A stretch of 64,000 bases of DNA from Candidatus Saccharimonadales bacterium (GCA_035280845.1 DATEFB010000026.1:16055-80054); one strand, 5' to 3'; counted from the first letter of the stretch, positions 38,737-48,101 are shown. Notes: a model not told the origin generated them from the sequence alone. Translations and numbers: made by a program.

Positions 38737-39965
38737 TGCGCTGGCTCGTCGATTTAAAAATCGCTATTAACAACCTCAAAGCTACCAAGGTCCGCACCGC
38801 GTTGACCATTTTAGGCATTGTGATTGGCGTCGCCTCAGTTACGGCAATTTTTGCCTTGGGTGAAGGCGCAAAAAACATGGTGCGCGGGCAAATTGGCCAG
38901 CTTGGGAATGACATCATCGCCATTCGGCCGGGCAAGGTTGCCGTTAACGAGGCTGGCTCACTGTTCAGTTCGGGACTGTTGCCCACCCTCAGCTCGTCTA
39001 CCCTGACCGAACGCGACCTTGAGACAGTACAAAAAACCGACGGCGTCGCTGATGCTGCGCCATTCATGCTGGTCACCGGCAGCATTGGCACCACCGAAGG
39101 GCGCACCGCCAGCGGCACTATTATCGCCACCAGCCCACAGCTCGACGAAGCCCTCAGCTTTGGCATGCGCTCGGGCGAATTCTTAAGCCGTGGCATTGTG
39201 CGCGAAACAGTAGTGCTCGGCCAGGATTTAGCCATCCAACTGCTCGGATCAGACGTTGCCATTGGCCAAAAAGTAAAGCTGCGTGGTCAGGAGTTCACCG
39301 TTATCGGCATTCTTAAACGGTTCGATTCCTCTATCGCCGTCAGCAACGCCGTTGACCTGAATAAGTCAGCGTTCGTGAGCATGGAAGCTGGCAAATCGTT
39401 TAACCAGGGCATCGCCCAAATCCAGCAAATTACCGTAAAAACCGACGACGCCGGCAAAACAACGCCAGTCGCCAATACACTGCGCACTTCCCTGCTTGCC
39501 AACCACGAGGGTGAAGAAGATTTCAGCGTCCTGCGCCCAGAAGAAGCGCTGCAACTCACCGACCAGCTCTTCCGTATACTTACCACATTTATTAGCGCGA
39601 TCGCCGGTATCTCTATATTGGTGGGCGGCATTGGCATTATGAACATCATGCTGGTCAGCGTTACCGAACGCACCCGCGAGATTGGCATCCGCAAAGCCGT
39701 TGGCGCCACCAACCACCAGGTGCTCTCACAGTTCCTCATTGAGGCGTTAGTCATGACTATTGCTGGCGGCCTGTTTGGCATTGCTGGTGGATACGCAATT
39801 GCCTTTGTGGCCGGTACATTCTTGGGCTTTATGCCCGGCATCACCGTGTGGATTGTCCTTATGAGCATGGCCATTGCCCTTACCGTCGGCCTGTTGTTCG
39901 GTGCGTGGCCCGCTGTAAAAGCCGCACGCAAAGACCCGATCGAAGCCCTGCGTTACTTCCAGTAG
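38736..39965 (+). CDS. ABC transporter permease, MacB/FtsX family
   Basis: 409 aa. TAATG overlap with the ATPase gene. MacB-type topology with a C-terminal FtsX bundle. Confidence 0.88.
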   Translation: MRWLVDLKIAINNLKATKVRTALTILGIVIGVASVTAIFALGEGAKNMVRGQIGQLGNDIIAIRPGKVAVNEAGSLFSSGLLPTLSSSTLTERDLETVQKTDGVADAAPFMLVTGSIGTTEGRTASGTIIATSPQLDEALSFGMRSGEFLSRGIVRETVVLGQDLAIQLLGSDVAIGQKVKLRGQEFTVIGILKRFDSSIAVSNAVDLNKSAFVSMEAGKSFNQGIAQIQQITVKTDDAGKTTPVANTLRTSLLANHEGEEDFSVLRPEEALQLTDQLFRILTTFISAIAGISILVGGIGIMNIMLVSVTERTREIGIRKAVGATNHQVLSQFLIEALVMTIAGGLFGIAGGYAIAFVAGTFLGFMPGITVWIVLMSMAIALTVGLLFGAWPAVKAARKDPIEALRYFQ

Positions 39966-40040
39966 TTTATACTGCACCATGAGATTGACATTAGCGCCTA
40001 AAAATGCTAATGTTTAATTAAACGTTTCGAAAAAACAAAC

Positions 40041-41033
40041 ATGGCAACGAACACATTAGCACCTCCCCGTCCGGCAACAGGCGTTGAACGCGACAGTATT
40101 ACCGAACGTATCTGGCAAGGTACCGACCTGCTTGTGCATGGACGTTTTCAGGAGGCACACACCGCGCTCGAACAAGACGGCCGCGGCACCTCTGCCCGGC
40201 ACACCGTAGAACTAGCCCGCGCCATGCAGCTCCAAGTAATGCAAGAGGCCGAGACACCAGGGCCAGACGGCCACGCCCCCATCGAAGATTGGAATACCTC
40301 TAAGGTAACCGCCAACCGCATGGCACTGCTGCTCCTTGGCCTGCCGAGCGCTGCCGAAGCCCAGGACCGCATCGACAACCATTCTTCCCATGACAAACCA
40401 ACAGACGTCGCCTTGCTGAGCGGGTTTAACCAAGAAATTGCCGGTGTCCTTGCCCATATGCCGCCCGCTATGATGGATGAATTCCCCGACCGCCTGTTGC
40501 GCCGCAGTAACAACCTGCTTAAAGGCAAGTGGGGCCTGCCAATTATGGATGAGCGCAATATCGCCATAACCATGGCCGGTGCCCGCCGCGAAGCTGCAGT
40601 ACTGCGTGCACTGCATCAGACGCTACCAGAAGATTGGTCGGTTCGCCAAACCTCTACAGAAGAAGATTTACGCGGTTCAGACCTGGTTGTGTACAACCCC
40701 GACGGTTGGGAGCTTCGCATGGATATTAAGTCGCGCAATGGTTTTGACCACGCCGTAGACGACATGTTGCGCCAGGGCATTATTAGCCGTGAGCAAGCTG
40801 ACCGTGCCCGCGAAAAAGGCGTTGTCTATCGCCGCAGCAAAGACCAGACTGGCGAAAAGGTTTATAACTGTATTTTCGATGCCGACCAGATGGGTCGAAT
40901 CAACAACTATGAATATGACGACCCCTTTAACGTCTTTGAATTCGTAGAGCGCCAGTTCGAGGAACAAAGCCAGTCACGCTTGCGAAAACTGGGTAAACAT
41001 GCTATAATTGTGCAAAGTCAGACCACCTACTAG
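40041..41033 (+). CDS. hypothetical protein with possible PD-(D/E)xK nuclease-like core
   Basis: 330 aa. E184...D214 (GSDLVV)...D228-I-K230 (ELRMDIK) matches PD-(D/E)xK spacing. Otherwise unrecognised. Confidence 0.55.
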   Translation: MATNTLAPPRPATGVERDSITERIWQGTDLLVHGRFQEAHTALEQDGRGTSARHTVELARAMQLQVMQEAETPGPDGHAPIEDWNTSKVTANRMALLLLGLPSAAEAQDRIDNHSSHDKPTDVALLSGFNQEIAGVLAHMPPAMMDEFPDRLLRRSNNLLKGKWGLPIMDERNIAITMAGARREAAVLRALHQTLPEDWSVRQTSTEEDLRGSDLVVYNPDGWELRMDIKSRNGFDHAVDDMLRQGIISREQADRAREKGVVYRRSKDQTGEKVYNCIFDADQMGRINNYEYDDPFNVFEFVERQFEEQSQSRLRKLGKHAIIVQSQTTY

Positions 41034-41042
41034 GAGTGTTCC

Positions 41043-41282
41043 ATGCGCATCAGCGAAGACGGCGGGATCGAATTCGATTCCGCCGAAGCAGAGGCGGCGC
41101 TACAAGCTATCGGCACTGCCGCTGGCCCCAGCCCCACCTGCTCGTTCCTGTCTACTGCCCTCGCCGAGGGCTCATCGCATGACCGCGACCTGCTGTTCGC
41201 CCACATGAGCGCTTGCCGTTCCTGCGCGAGCAAAGTCGCAAAACACTACCGCTCAGGCGGATCGGCTGGGGGCGCCGCGTAA
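41043..41282 (+). CDS. small protein with ZAS-like C-x20-H-x3-C-x2-C motif
   Basis: 79 aa. C33...H54-MSA-C58-RS-C61 resembles the zinc anti-sigma (zf-HC2) ligand pattern. Starts 9 nt after the upstream stop. Confidence 0.5.
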   Translation: MRISEDGGIEFDSAEAEAALQAIGTAAGPSPTCSFLSTALAEGSSHDRDLLFAHMSACRSCASKVAKHYRSGGSAGGAA

Positions 41283-41319
41283 CATACGCTGCGCCCCCTT
41301 GTCATATTCAGATGCAGTA

Positions 41320-41757
41320 TTACTCTTCGCCACGCTCTTTTTTGCGCTGCTCAGGAGTTTCGTGGGGACGGGCGTAATCATCATCCAGGCGCCAGGTGGT
41401 GCCAAGCTCAGGGGTAGACACTTCCAGGATGTCTGTATCGGTCAAGCCCTTCAGCCGGTGCTTCTGGCCCACTTTTGTGCTATAACCGACGCCAGGCTGC
41501 AGTTCTGTTTCGATTAATTCGCCCTTGCTGTCTTCCCAAATGACAGCCGCACGGCCGCTCATTAAGAACCAACTCTCCTGCTTTTCGTCGTGGACCTGCA
41601 GGCTCAGGCGGGCGCCTTCGTTCACATGCAACACTTTGCCCATGTAAGGTGCATCCTCTGCAACCCAGTGAATTTCGTAACCCCAAGGTTTTTCGATGCG
41701 CTTTGCATATGGCTCATTACTAAAACTGGCTGGGTCAAAGTGTGGCGCGTCGTGCAT
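41320..41757 (-). CDS. cupin-fold protein (type II phosphomannose isomerase C-terminal-like)
   Basis: KPWGYEIHW...LSLQVHDEKQESWFLMSG...HRL pattern. Overlaps the upstream isomerase stop by 1 nt. Confidence 0.7.
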   Translation of the reverse strand: MHDAPHFDPASFSNEPYAKRIEKPWGYEIHWVAEDAPYMGKVLHVNEGARLSLQVHDEKQESWFLMSGRAAVIWEDSKGELIETELQPGVGYSTKVGQKHRLKGLTDTDILEVSTPELGTTWRLDDDYARPHETPEQRKKERGEE

Positions 41758-42788
41758 TATCCTAGCTCCTTCTTAAACTTCTCTACCAGATCGACTGGCG
41801 TTGGGTTAACACCGTTTAACAGCGCCATGTACGTGGTTGCGAAGTCGCCAAGCAGCACCAGGTACAGCAGGTGTTCGAGCACGCTGCCGCCCTTGGCCTC
41901 GACGCGGATTGCGGCTGGCCGCAGGCCGCTCAGCAGGCGGTCGGTGACGTCGAAGCGTTTTAATACCCGGGGGTGCTCGTAGCTGCTAATAAGGTCAACT
42001 ACCGCGAATGGCTTTTCGACCGGGTGGCTGCTCCACCCAATAAACTCATTATGGTTGAGTTCGGGGAAGAAGTTGCTCCAGGCCGTATTTTTAGCGTTTT
42101 CGTTGACGTCGATTTTCCATTTGTACGCCGCCGGGTACGTTAACGGGCCGCCGTAAATAATTGGCGTTTTACCTGCCAGCTCCTGAGCCAGCTGCTTGGC
42201 GGTGTTGTGTGCCTCTGGCATATCGGCCTTCCAGGCGTTAGCAGCCTGTTCGAGTGGCGCAATGAGCGCTTCCAGCTCGGCGATTGCCGTTGGCGCGACC
42301 AATTTTGCAGCCACTAAAATTTCTACCAAAGCGCGGTACATGTACAGCACGCCGGTGCGCGGCTGCGTGCATTCCGGAATCACGGCCAGCGGGTCGCCGT
42401 GTTCGTGCGCGCGCTCTACCAGCTTGCCGCCGTGGGCAATGGTCGCCACTTGGGCACCTTTGGCCCTGGCTTCGTCGAGCGCCTCAAGCGTTTCTTCGGT
42501 GTTTCCCGAATAGCTAGCAGCAATTACCAGCGTGTCCGGCCCGACAAACTTAGGCAGTCGATATTCCTTACTAACGACAAACGGCACATTGAGTGCCGGC
42601 CATGTGTGCGCAAGTTCTGCCACGAGTGAGCTCCCGCCCATCCCGGCAAATACCACATTTTTTATTTCTTTAAACTGTGCAGTGCCTGCCAGGCCAAAAT
42701 CATGCGCCAGCTGTTCTGGCTGCTTGGCCGTAAAACCCAGTGCGTCCTGCGGATCGCGTTGTTTGATAACATTTACATCGTCTAGCAT
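41757..42788 (-). CDS. bifunctional phosphoglucose/phosphomannose isomerase (SIS domain)
   Basis: 343 aa. SIS motif VFAGMGGSS. Family-typical C-terminus. Confidence 0.85.
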   Translation of the reverse strand: MLDDVNVIKQRDPQDALGFTAKQPEQLAHDFGLAGTAQFKEIKNVVFAGMGGSSLVAELAHTWPALNVPFVVSKEYRLPKFVGPDTLVIAASYSGNTEETLEALDEARAKGAQVATIAHGGKLVERAHEHGDPLAVIPECTQPRTGVLYMYRALVEILVAAKLVAPTAIAELEALIAPLEQAANAWKADMPEAHNTAKQLAQELAGKTPIIYGGPLTYPAAYKWKIDVNENAKNTAWSNFFPELNHNEFIGWSSHPVEKPFAVVDLISSYEHPRVLKRFDVTDRLLSGLRPAAIRVEAKGGSVLEHLLYLVLLGDFATTYMALLNGVNPTPVDLVEKFKKELG

Positions 42789-42868
42789 AAAGTCTCCTTA
42801 TTCCCCCACCGCGTGTAAATATGATACGATGAATAGCATAAAAGCGTAAACAGTATAAGAGGTGGGAA

Positions 42869-43438
42869 ATGGACGCAAAACAAGATCAACATCCGCCGAT
42901 GCAGGGTGACGACGAACTCGCCAAGGCGCTGCAAGGCGGTTTGCAATTCGAAGAAACGCCAGTCGCAGGTGGACAGGCAGGAGGCGGTGTGCCGGGCCCA
43001 GATCCAACAACTGCACCAGACCCGCTGGCCGACGAGCCGCCGACTATTGGCATGGCTTTGCCGCAACCAGATGACCTCGAGGATGACGCTCCAGAGGAAG
43101 CACCTGCTGCCCCTGCTCCCGAAATCAAACACTCGCACGCAAAAGCAAACGACGACAAAAAGTCAGAGCCAGCATCGAACGCAACCAGCACCGGCAGCGG
43201 CCCGCTCGACAAGTTGAAAGCCTCCGCCCTCGAAGAACTCCGTCCGTTGGTCGGCAAGCTAAACCTGCCCGCCGAAGAAAAGTTCGATACGCTTTTGCTG
43301 ATTATTCGCTCTACAGATGACCAGGCCTTGCTCGACGAAGCCCACGATGCCGCCAAAGGCATCACCGATGACACAAAGCGGGCCCAGGCACTGCTGGACA
43401 TCATCAAAGAAATCGATTACTTCTCGAGCAAGCGCTAA
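42869..43438 (+). CDS. acidic Pro/Ala-rich hypothetical protein
   Basis: 189 aa. Low-complexity acidic N-terminal half and helical C-terminal half. Confidence 0.55.
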   Translation: MDAKQDQHPPMQGDDELAKALQGGLQFEETPVAGGQAGGGVPGPDPTTAPDPLADEPPTIGMALPQPDDLEDDAPEEAPAAPAPEIKHSHAKANDDKKSEPASNATSTGSGPLDKLKASALEELRPLVGKLNLPAEEKFDTLLLIIRSTDDQALLDEAHDAAKGITDDTKRAQALLDIIKEIDYFSSKR

Positions 43439-43444
43439 TCCAGC

Positions 43445-43969
43445 CTAACTTGCATGAAAGCGCTGCCGCATTGTCTGCAGCGCTTTTCGTACGCCGCCAA
43501 AACCGCTGTAAATATCACTGTCCTGGATAGATTCCAGCGGCATCCAATGCAGCGAGGCAACATCATCGCCAGGCGCGAGCGGCTTTTCGGAGCGCAACCG
43601 CGCCCACAGCACCGTTGCCAGCACCTCGTGTGTCTCGCCCTCAAACTCGTACATGTCGGTGGCCCAGCAAAGGAACTCGGGCGTGTCGTAATCGGCTTTT
43701 AGGTACCCGGTTTCTTCTTCGATCTCGCGGTGGATTGCTTCGAGCGGTGTTTCTCCCGGGTCCAAAAAACCGCCCGGCAGGTCGAGCGTGCCCTTGCCTG
43801 GGTCTTGGCCACGAACCGCGACCAGCACCTCATCTTGCTGGTTTAATAAAACGATTGTAGCGCCGTTATACATCTTGTAGAACAAACTGTGCCCGGCTGG
43901 GCAGACGTAAAAGCCCTCGGATTTTTTTGTGACAGGCTTTGCGCACCGACGGCAAAAGTTAATCTCCAT
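43445..43969 (-). CDS. Nudix hydrolase with N-terminal zinc ribbon
   Basis: CRRC...CPAGH ribbon. Nudix box GGFLDPGETPLEAIHREIEEETGY. Confidence 0.85.
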   Translation of the reverse strand: MEINFCRRCAKPVTKKSEGFYVCPAGHSLFYKMYNGATIVLLNQQDEVLVAVRGQDPGKGTLDLPGGFLDPGETPLEAIHREIEEETGYLKADYDTPEFLCWATDMYEFEGETHEVLATVLWARLRSEKPLAPGDDVASLHWMPLESIQDSDIYSGFGGVRKALQTMRQRFHAS

Positions 43970-44315
43970 TTTTAGAGGCTCCTTTTAAGACATGCAGCTT
44001 GATGCCCAGTACGCCGTGGGCGATTTCTTGGTCATTGGTGTAATAACGGCGCATTTCGGCTAAAATGTAGCGCTCGTCGGAGGCGCCAAAACGGGCAGGT
44101 GGGTAGGCTTGTAGCAATTCGACAAAGCTGGGATACCGCAGGACACCCACAACCTTAGTAACCACCTCTTCTTCTGTGGCACGGTTAGTCACAATGATCA
44201 GGTCACCGGGCCGGATGCGGCGGTGGGCTTCATCGTTAAGACGGGGCTCAATAATACGCTCACCCTTTTTAATCTGGTCAAATACACCTGCAGAAACCAC
44301 CGAATAATGCGTCAT
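43959..44315 (-). CDS. ASCH domain protein
   Basis: 118 aa. FDQIKKGERIIEPRLND...GDLI pattern typical of ASCH/PUA-like domains. Confidence 0.65.
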   Translation of the reverse strand: MTHYSVVSAGVFDQIKKGERIIEPRLNDEAHRRIRPGDLIIVTNRATEEEVVTKVVGVLRYPSFVELLQAYPPARFGASDERYILAEMRRYYTNDQEIAHGVLGIKLHVLKGASKNGD

Positions 44316-44357
44316 ATAGTTTCTAGTGTAGCAGGCAACTACCCCGTATACGAACAG

Positions 44358-44400
44358 TGGCCGTGCCGCAGACGCCGAAGGGGCGAATGCGACACGGCCA
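44358..44400 (-). terminator. GC-rich hairpin after HGC-9
   Basis: TGGCCGTG (44358-44365) pairs with CACGGCCA (44393-44400). Lies 22 nt beyond the TGA. Confidence 0.5.
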
Positions 44401-44422
44401 GTGCCGTTCTTGCAGGGATGAC

Positions 44423-45103
44423 TCAGCTCAGCCGGGTGGCCAGCTCGCGGATCAGGCCGATGATGACGTCGGGGTCACCGTCGGTGTCCGCGAAGGTGCG
44501 GTCGGCCAGCACGCCCACGAGTCGGCGGCCGGAGCCACACAGCTGCGGCAGGTCGCCGAGCACCATCACCACGGTGGTACCACCGCCGACGTCCACCTTG
44601 GTGGACGTGCCATAGGGCTCCGCCGTCGGCCCAGCGATGTGCTGGCCGGGCGCCTGACTGGTGGGGCGGTTGGCCAGGCCCGAGTCCTGCACCGACGCCG
44701 GTTCCGGGGTCCGGGCAGCCTCAACCTCGTTGAGGATGTCCTTGGACTCGCGGGTACCGGTGAAGGTGATCTTGGGCTTGGACTTGGTGCCGGTGTTGCT
44801 GTACGAGCCGCGCTTGCGCATGGCGGTCATCACGGTCTGCGTGCGCACCTTGTCGGTGCCCAGCAGCTCCATCACGATCGCCGAGAAGCTGGCTCCGGTG
44901 AACCCGTTGTTGGCGTCGAAGAACTGCCTGCGGGACTGCTCCAGGAGCGTCTCGACCAGCAGGGCCTGCGTAGCCACGGGCAGGGTCTTGAGTGCGGCAC
45001 GACCAATGTCGCCGTTCAGCACCTTGAACACCGTCAGGGACGGGTCCTCGGTGACCTTCGTCGCGGTCCCGGGACGGGTGCTGGCGGCGGGCGGCGTGGT
45101 CAT
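44423..45103 (-). CDS. HGC-9: hypothetical protein (226 aa)
   Basis: ATG at 45101-45103, 7 nt after AGGAGG. High GC. TGA stop. Two folded-looking halves joined by a Ser/Thr/Pro-rich linker. Confidence 0.7.
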   Translation of the reverse strand: MTTPPAASTRPGTATKVTEDPSLTVFKVLNGDIGRAALKTLPVATQALLVETLLEQSRRQFFDANNGFTGASFSAIVMELLGTDKVRTQTVMTAMRKRGSYSNTGTKSKPKITFTGTRESKDILNEVEAARTPEPASVQDSGLANRPTSQAPGQHIAGPTAEPYGTSTKVDVGGGTTVVMVLGDLPQLCGSGRRLVGVLADRTFADTDGDPDVIIGLIRELATRLS

Positions 45104-45166
45104 ATGTTTACCTCCTGCTTTGGGCGTACATAAGTATACGCCGAAACGGACTAGACAATATTATAT

Positions 45167-45202
45167 AACAAAACAGGAGATTTTACAATCCCCTGTTTTG
45201 TT
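45167..45202 (-). terminator. groEL intrinsic terminator
   Basis: AACAAAACAGG (45167-45177) pairs with CCTGTTTTGTT (45192-45202). Lies 19 nt downstream of the groEL TAG, with a T-rich 3' arm. Confidence 0.7.
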
Positions 45203-45221
45203 TATAGTATGTCTATCTAGA

Positions 45222-46871
45222 CTACATCATGCCCATGCCTGGCATGCCGCCACCGGCACCGCCAGCTGGCGCTTCCTTCTCTGGAACTTCAACAACCAAA
45301 GCGCCCATAGTCATTGCGGTTGCAGCAATACTTACGGCGTTCTGAATTGCCTCTTTCGTCACGCGGGCTGGGTCAACGATGCCTTTTGCCTTGAGGTCAA
45401 TCAGGGCGTCTGGGCTATTAACGTCAAAGCCTTGCCCGGCTTTCTTACTCTTAACAACTTCTGGCAATTTTTCGTCGGCGTTTACACCGGCGTTCACCAT
45501 CAGCTGGCGGAATGGCTGGAGCAAAGCGTTCTTCAAGATCTGGCGGCCAGCAGCGATGCCGTCGGTACCCGCAACTTCGATGCCTTTGCTCAGGTCGACG
45601 AGTGTTACGCCACCACCGGCAACAATGCCTTCATCAAGCGCAGCCTTGGTTGCGGCTACGGCGTCATCGACGCGGAATTTGGCTTCCTCAATCTCGACTT
45701 CACTGGCACCACCAACCTTAATCACGGCGACTTTGCCACCAAGGGCTGCGGCGCGCTTCTCGTAATTCTCTTTGTCGTAGTCGCTGGTTGTCGCTGCGGC
45801 CTGGGCGCGGATTTGCTTCACGCGCTCGCTCACATCTTTTGGCGTACCAGCGCCTTCAATAATGGTAGTCTCGTCTTTAGTGACAAGCACCTTGCGGGCA
45901 GAACCAACCATGCTTAGGTCGGCGGTCTCAAAGGTGATGCCCTGTTCACTGCTAATAACTGTTGCGCCGGTCAAAACAGCCAAATCCTGCAAAATATCCT
46001 TGCGACGGTCACCAAAGGCAGGAGCTTTTACAGCTACAGTGTTAAAGACGCCCTTCAGTTTGTTCAGGATGAGGATGCCCATCACCTCGGCCTCTACGTC
46101 TTCAGCAATAAGCACGAGGTCCTTTTTGCCAGCTTGGGCAAGCTTTTCGAGCATTGGCAGGAATTGCTGGGCACTTGTAATTTTTTCGTCAGTAATAACG
46201 ACTGCTGGTTTTTCGTAAACAGCTTCCATACGGGTGGTGTCGGTAACCATGTATGGGCTCACGTAGCCACGGTCCATGGTGAAGCCTTCCACGATTTCGC
46301 TCTCGAGGTGCAGGCCTTGACCTTCCTCTACGGTTACAACGCCGTCTTTGCCGACCTTACTAATGACATCGGCAATCAGCTTGCCGATTTCTTTGTCGCC
46401 AGCAGAAATGGTGGCGACTTCAGCGACGCGCTCTTTTTTGCTGCCAATGTCTTCGCGGAGTTCTGCAAGCTTGGCCAGCACTTCGGCGCCAGCTTGCTCA
46501 ACACCTTTGCGGAGCTCCATTGGATTGTGGCCAGCGGCAATAAGGCGGTTGGCTTCAGCCAGGATGCTGTAAGTCAGTACGGTAACGGTAGTCGTGCCAT
46601 CACCGGCGACATCGTTCATTTTGTTGGCAGCCTGCTTAATCAGCTCGGCGCCGACTTTGTAGCCCAATGTCTCGTCATCGTCATCTGGAAGGTCAACTGC
46701 TTTCGCAACAGTCACACCGTCGTGGGTCACCGTTGGGCCACCATAGCTTTTGCCAATCACCACATTGCGGCCTTTTGGCCCCATGGTCACTTTTACTGCG
46801 TCGTATAAGGCCTTTGCGCCGCCGAGTACGCGGGCGCGGGCGTCGTCGTCATAAAATACTTTTTTTGCCAT
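45222..46871 (-). CDS. groL: chaperonin GroEL
   Basis: 549 aa. GDGTTT motif. C-terminal GGMPGMGMM tail. Confidence 0.97.
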   Translation of the reverse strand: MAKKVFYDDDARARVLGGAKALYDAVKVTMGPKGRNVVIGKSYGGPTVTHDGVTVAKAVDLPDDDDETLGYKVGAELIKQAANKMNDVAGDGTTTVTVLTYSILAEANRLIAAGHNPMELRKGVEQAGAEVLAKLAELREDIGSKKERVAEVATISAGDKEIGKLIADVISKVGKDGVVTVEEGQGLHLESEIVEGFTMDRGYVSPYMVTDTTRMEAVYEKPAVVITDEKITSAQQFLPMLEKLAQAGKKDLVLIAEDVEAEVMGILILNKLKGVFNTVAVKAPAFGDRRKDILQDLAVLTGATVISSEQGITFETADLSMVGSARKVLVTKDETTIIEGAGTPKDVSERVKQIRAQAAATTSDYDKENYEKRAAALGGKVAVIKVGGASEVEIEEAKFRVDDAVAATKAALDEGIVAGGGVTLVDLSKGIEVAGTDGIAAGRQILKNALLQPFRQLMVNAGVNADEKLPEVVKSKKAGQGFDVNSPDALIDLKAKGIVDPARVTKEAIQNAVSIAATAMTMGALVVEVPEKEAPAGGAGGGMPGMGMM

Positions 46872-46891
46872 AGTTCATATTCTCCTTAGGG

Positions 46892-47161
46892 CTAAAGCGT
46901 TGCAATAACGCCTGTTTCGCGGACGCTAATGTAATCCTTGCCATCGATTTTCAGTTCAGCCAGACTTTGGGCGTACTGCTTATAAATAATACGGTCGCCG
47001 ACTTTCACGTATTTAACCTCGGGGCCCACGGCAATAACGCTCGCGATGGTTGATTTTTCTTTTGCCCCTTCAGGGATGTAGAGGCCGGATGTGGTCTTAT
47101 TCGCAGCCTCTTCAGGCACCGCAATAATGCGGTCATCAATCGGTTTGATGCTCGTGCTCAT
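46892..47161 (-). CDS. groS: co-chaperonin GroES
   Basis: 89 aa. IKPIDDRIIAV...TSGLYIPEGAKEK mobile-loop pattern. Confidence 0.95.
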   Translation of the reverse strand: MSTSIKPIDDRIIAVPEEAANKTTSGLYIPEGAKEKSTIASVIAVGPEVKYVKVGDRIIYKQYAQSLAELKIDGKDYISVRETGVIATL

Positions 47162-47204
47162 TAGGTAAACCTCCTTAGTTTTCTGTACTTTTTACTATGC
47201 CAAA

Positions 47205-47231
47205 CTAGCACTTGCAATGCAAGAGTGCTAA
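47205..47231. promoter_or_regulatory. CIRCE operator (HrcA binding site) upstream of groES
   Basis: CTAGCACTT-N9-GAGTGCTAA versus consensus TTAGCACTC-N9-GAGTGCTAA. Lies 44 nt upstream of the groES start. Confidence 0.85.
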
Positions 47232-47308
47232 AATATATGCAATTCCATATTTCTTGGAAGTTTCAAGTGCACCGACTTCCGCTTCTCACCGTTCCGAAAG
47301 AGGGAATC

Positions 47309-47926
47309 ATGAACGACAAGACGCGGCGGCGCGTACTCCGCTTTTCGCGGTTCATCTGCCTGTTGCTCAGGTTGATGGGTCGGCTGGAGGTGCGCGGCGT
47401 GCAGAACATCCCGCACGGCGGGTTCGTGGCGGCCGGTAACCACCGGTCCACGGCCGACGGCATCGTCGCCTTCCGGGCACTGATCCGGCACGGCAACGGC
47501 CAGCCGGTGGTGTTCATGGCCACGCGCGGCGTGTTCCGGATCCCCGTCGTGGGCAAGGTCATGCTGCGCATGGGGTTCATCCCCGTGCACCGCGGCGACA
47601 CCCGCACGGCAACTACCGGCCAGGTGGCGCTCGAGGGCGCCCAGGCGGCGGTCAAGGACGGCTGCATCATGGGAATGTACCCTCGCGGCGGCATCTCGAC
47701 CGCGGAAAACGTGCGGCGAATGAAGGGCGGCGTATTCCGGCTGTACGAGGCTGGCGCCACAGTGGTGCCGATGGTCTCCACCGGAGCCGAGCGCCTGATC
47801 CCCCCGGGCTGCTGGTTCCCGCGCTTCTGGCGCACGGTGACCATCGAGTTCATGCCTCCGGTCAGCCCAGGCCTCGACAAGGCCACCATGCTGGCCACCC
47901 TCGACCACACGCTCTACGGAGCATGA
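47309..47926 (+). CDS. HGC-10: lysophospholipid (1-acyl-glycerol-3-phosphate) acyltransferase family protein
   Basis: ORF trimmed to MNDKTRRR (ATG 47309, AGAGGGA SD). Acyltransferase motif I NHRSTADG. Motif III-like YPRGG. High GC. TGA stop. Confidence 0.75.
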   Translation: MNDKTRRRVLRFSRFICLLLRLMGRLEVRGVQNIPHGGFVAAGNHRSTADGIVAFRALIRHGNGQPVVFMATRGVFRIPVVGKVMLRMGFIPVHRGDTRTATTGQVALEGAQAAVKDGCIMGMYPRGGISTAENVRRMKGGVFRLYEAGATVVPMVSTGAERLIPPGCWFPRFWRTVTIEFMPPVSPGLDKATMLATLDHTLYGA

Positions 47927-47940
47927 CGGTCGTGAAACCA

Positions 47941-47993
47941 CGGTTACCCGGCGTAAGTCCCCAGACGGACTGCGCCGGGTGACCGGTTTTTTT
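47941..47993 (+). terminator. intrinsic terminator after HGC-10
   Basis: CGGTTACCCGGCG (47941-47953) pairs with CGCCGGGTGACCG (47973-47985, one G-U), followed by a T7 run at 47987-47993. Confidence 0.7.
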
Positions 47994-48014
47994 ATTGGGC
48001 GCATATATGCCGCC

Positions 48015-48042
48015 AAAAATAAAACACCTCAAGCATGAGGTG
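48015..48042 (-). terminator. AT-tailed (backbone-type) minus-strand terminator
   Basis: CACCTCA (48025-48031) pairs with TGAGGTG (48036-48042). On the minus strand it is followed by TTTTATTTTT. Confidence 0.55.
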
Positions 48043-48065
48043 CATATACGTTCGTAAGTAGACAT

Positions 48066-48101
48066 CCCTGCCCGGTGCCCAAACAAGGGCACCGGGCAGG
48101 G
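48066..48101 (-). terminator. GC-rich hairpin after the HGC-11 operon
   Basis: CCCTGCCCGGTGCCC (48066-48080) pairs with GGGCACCGGGCAGGG (48087-48101), 15 bp perfect with a 6-nt loop. Lies 8 nt beyond the TGA. Confidence 0.7.

Noticed and set aside
44346-45140. Short direct repeats flanking cassettes as target-site duplications: GTATACG at 44346-44352 and 45134-45140 around HGC-9, and ATATATGC at 47233-47240 and 48003-48010 around HGC-10.
   Set aside because: Matches of 7-8 nt within flanks of about 50 nt are expected by chance at roughly the 10-15% level. They do not abut the cassette ends, and both are (near-)palindromic simple sequence.
44661-45917. A 418-aa plus-strand ORF spanning HGC-9 and the 3' part of groEL.
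   Set aside because: It runs antisense to an unambiguous GroEL and across an intergenic terminator. It has no SD and no recognisable motifs, so it is spurious.
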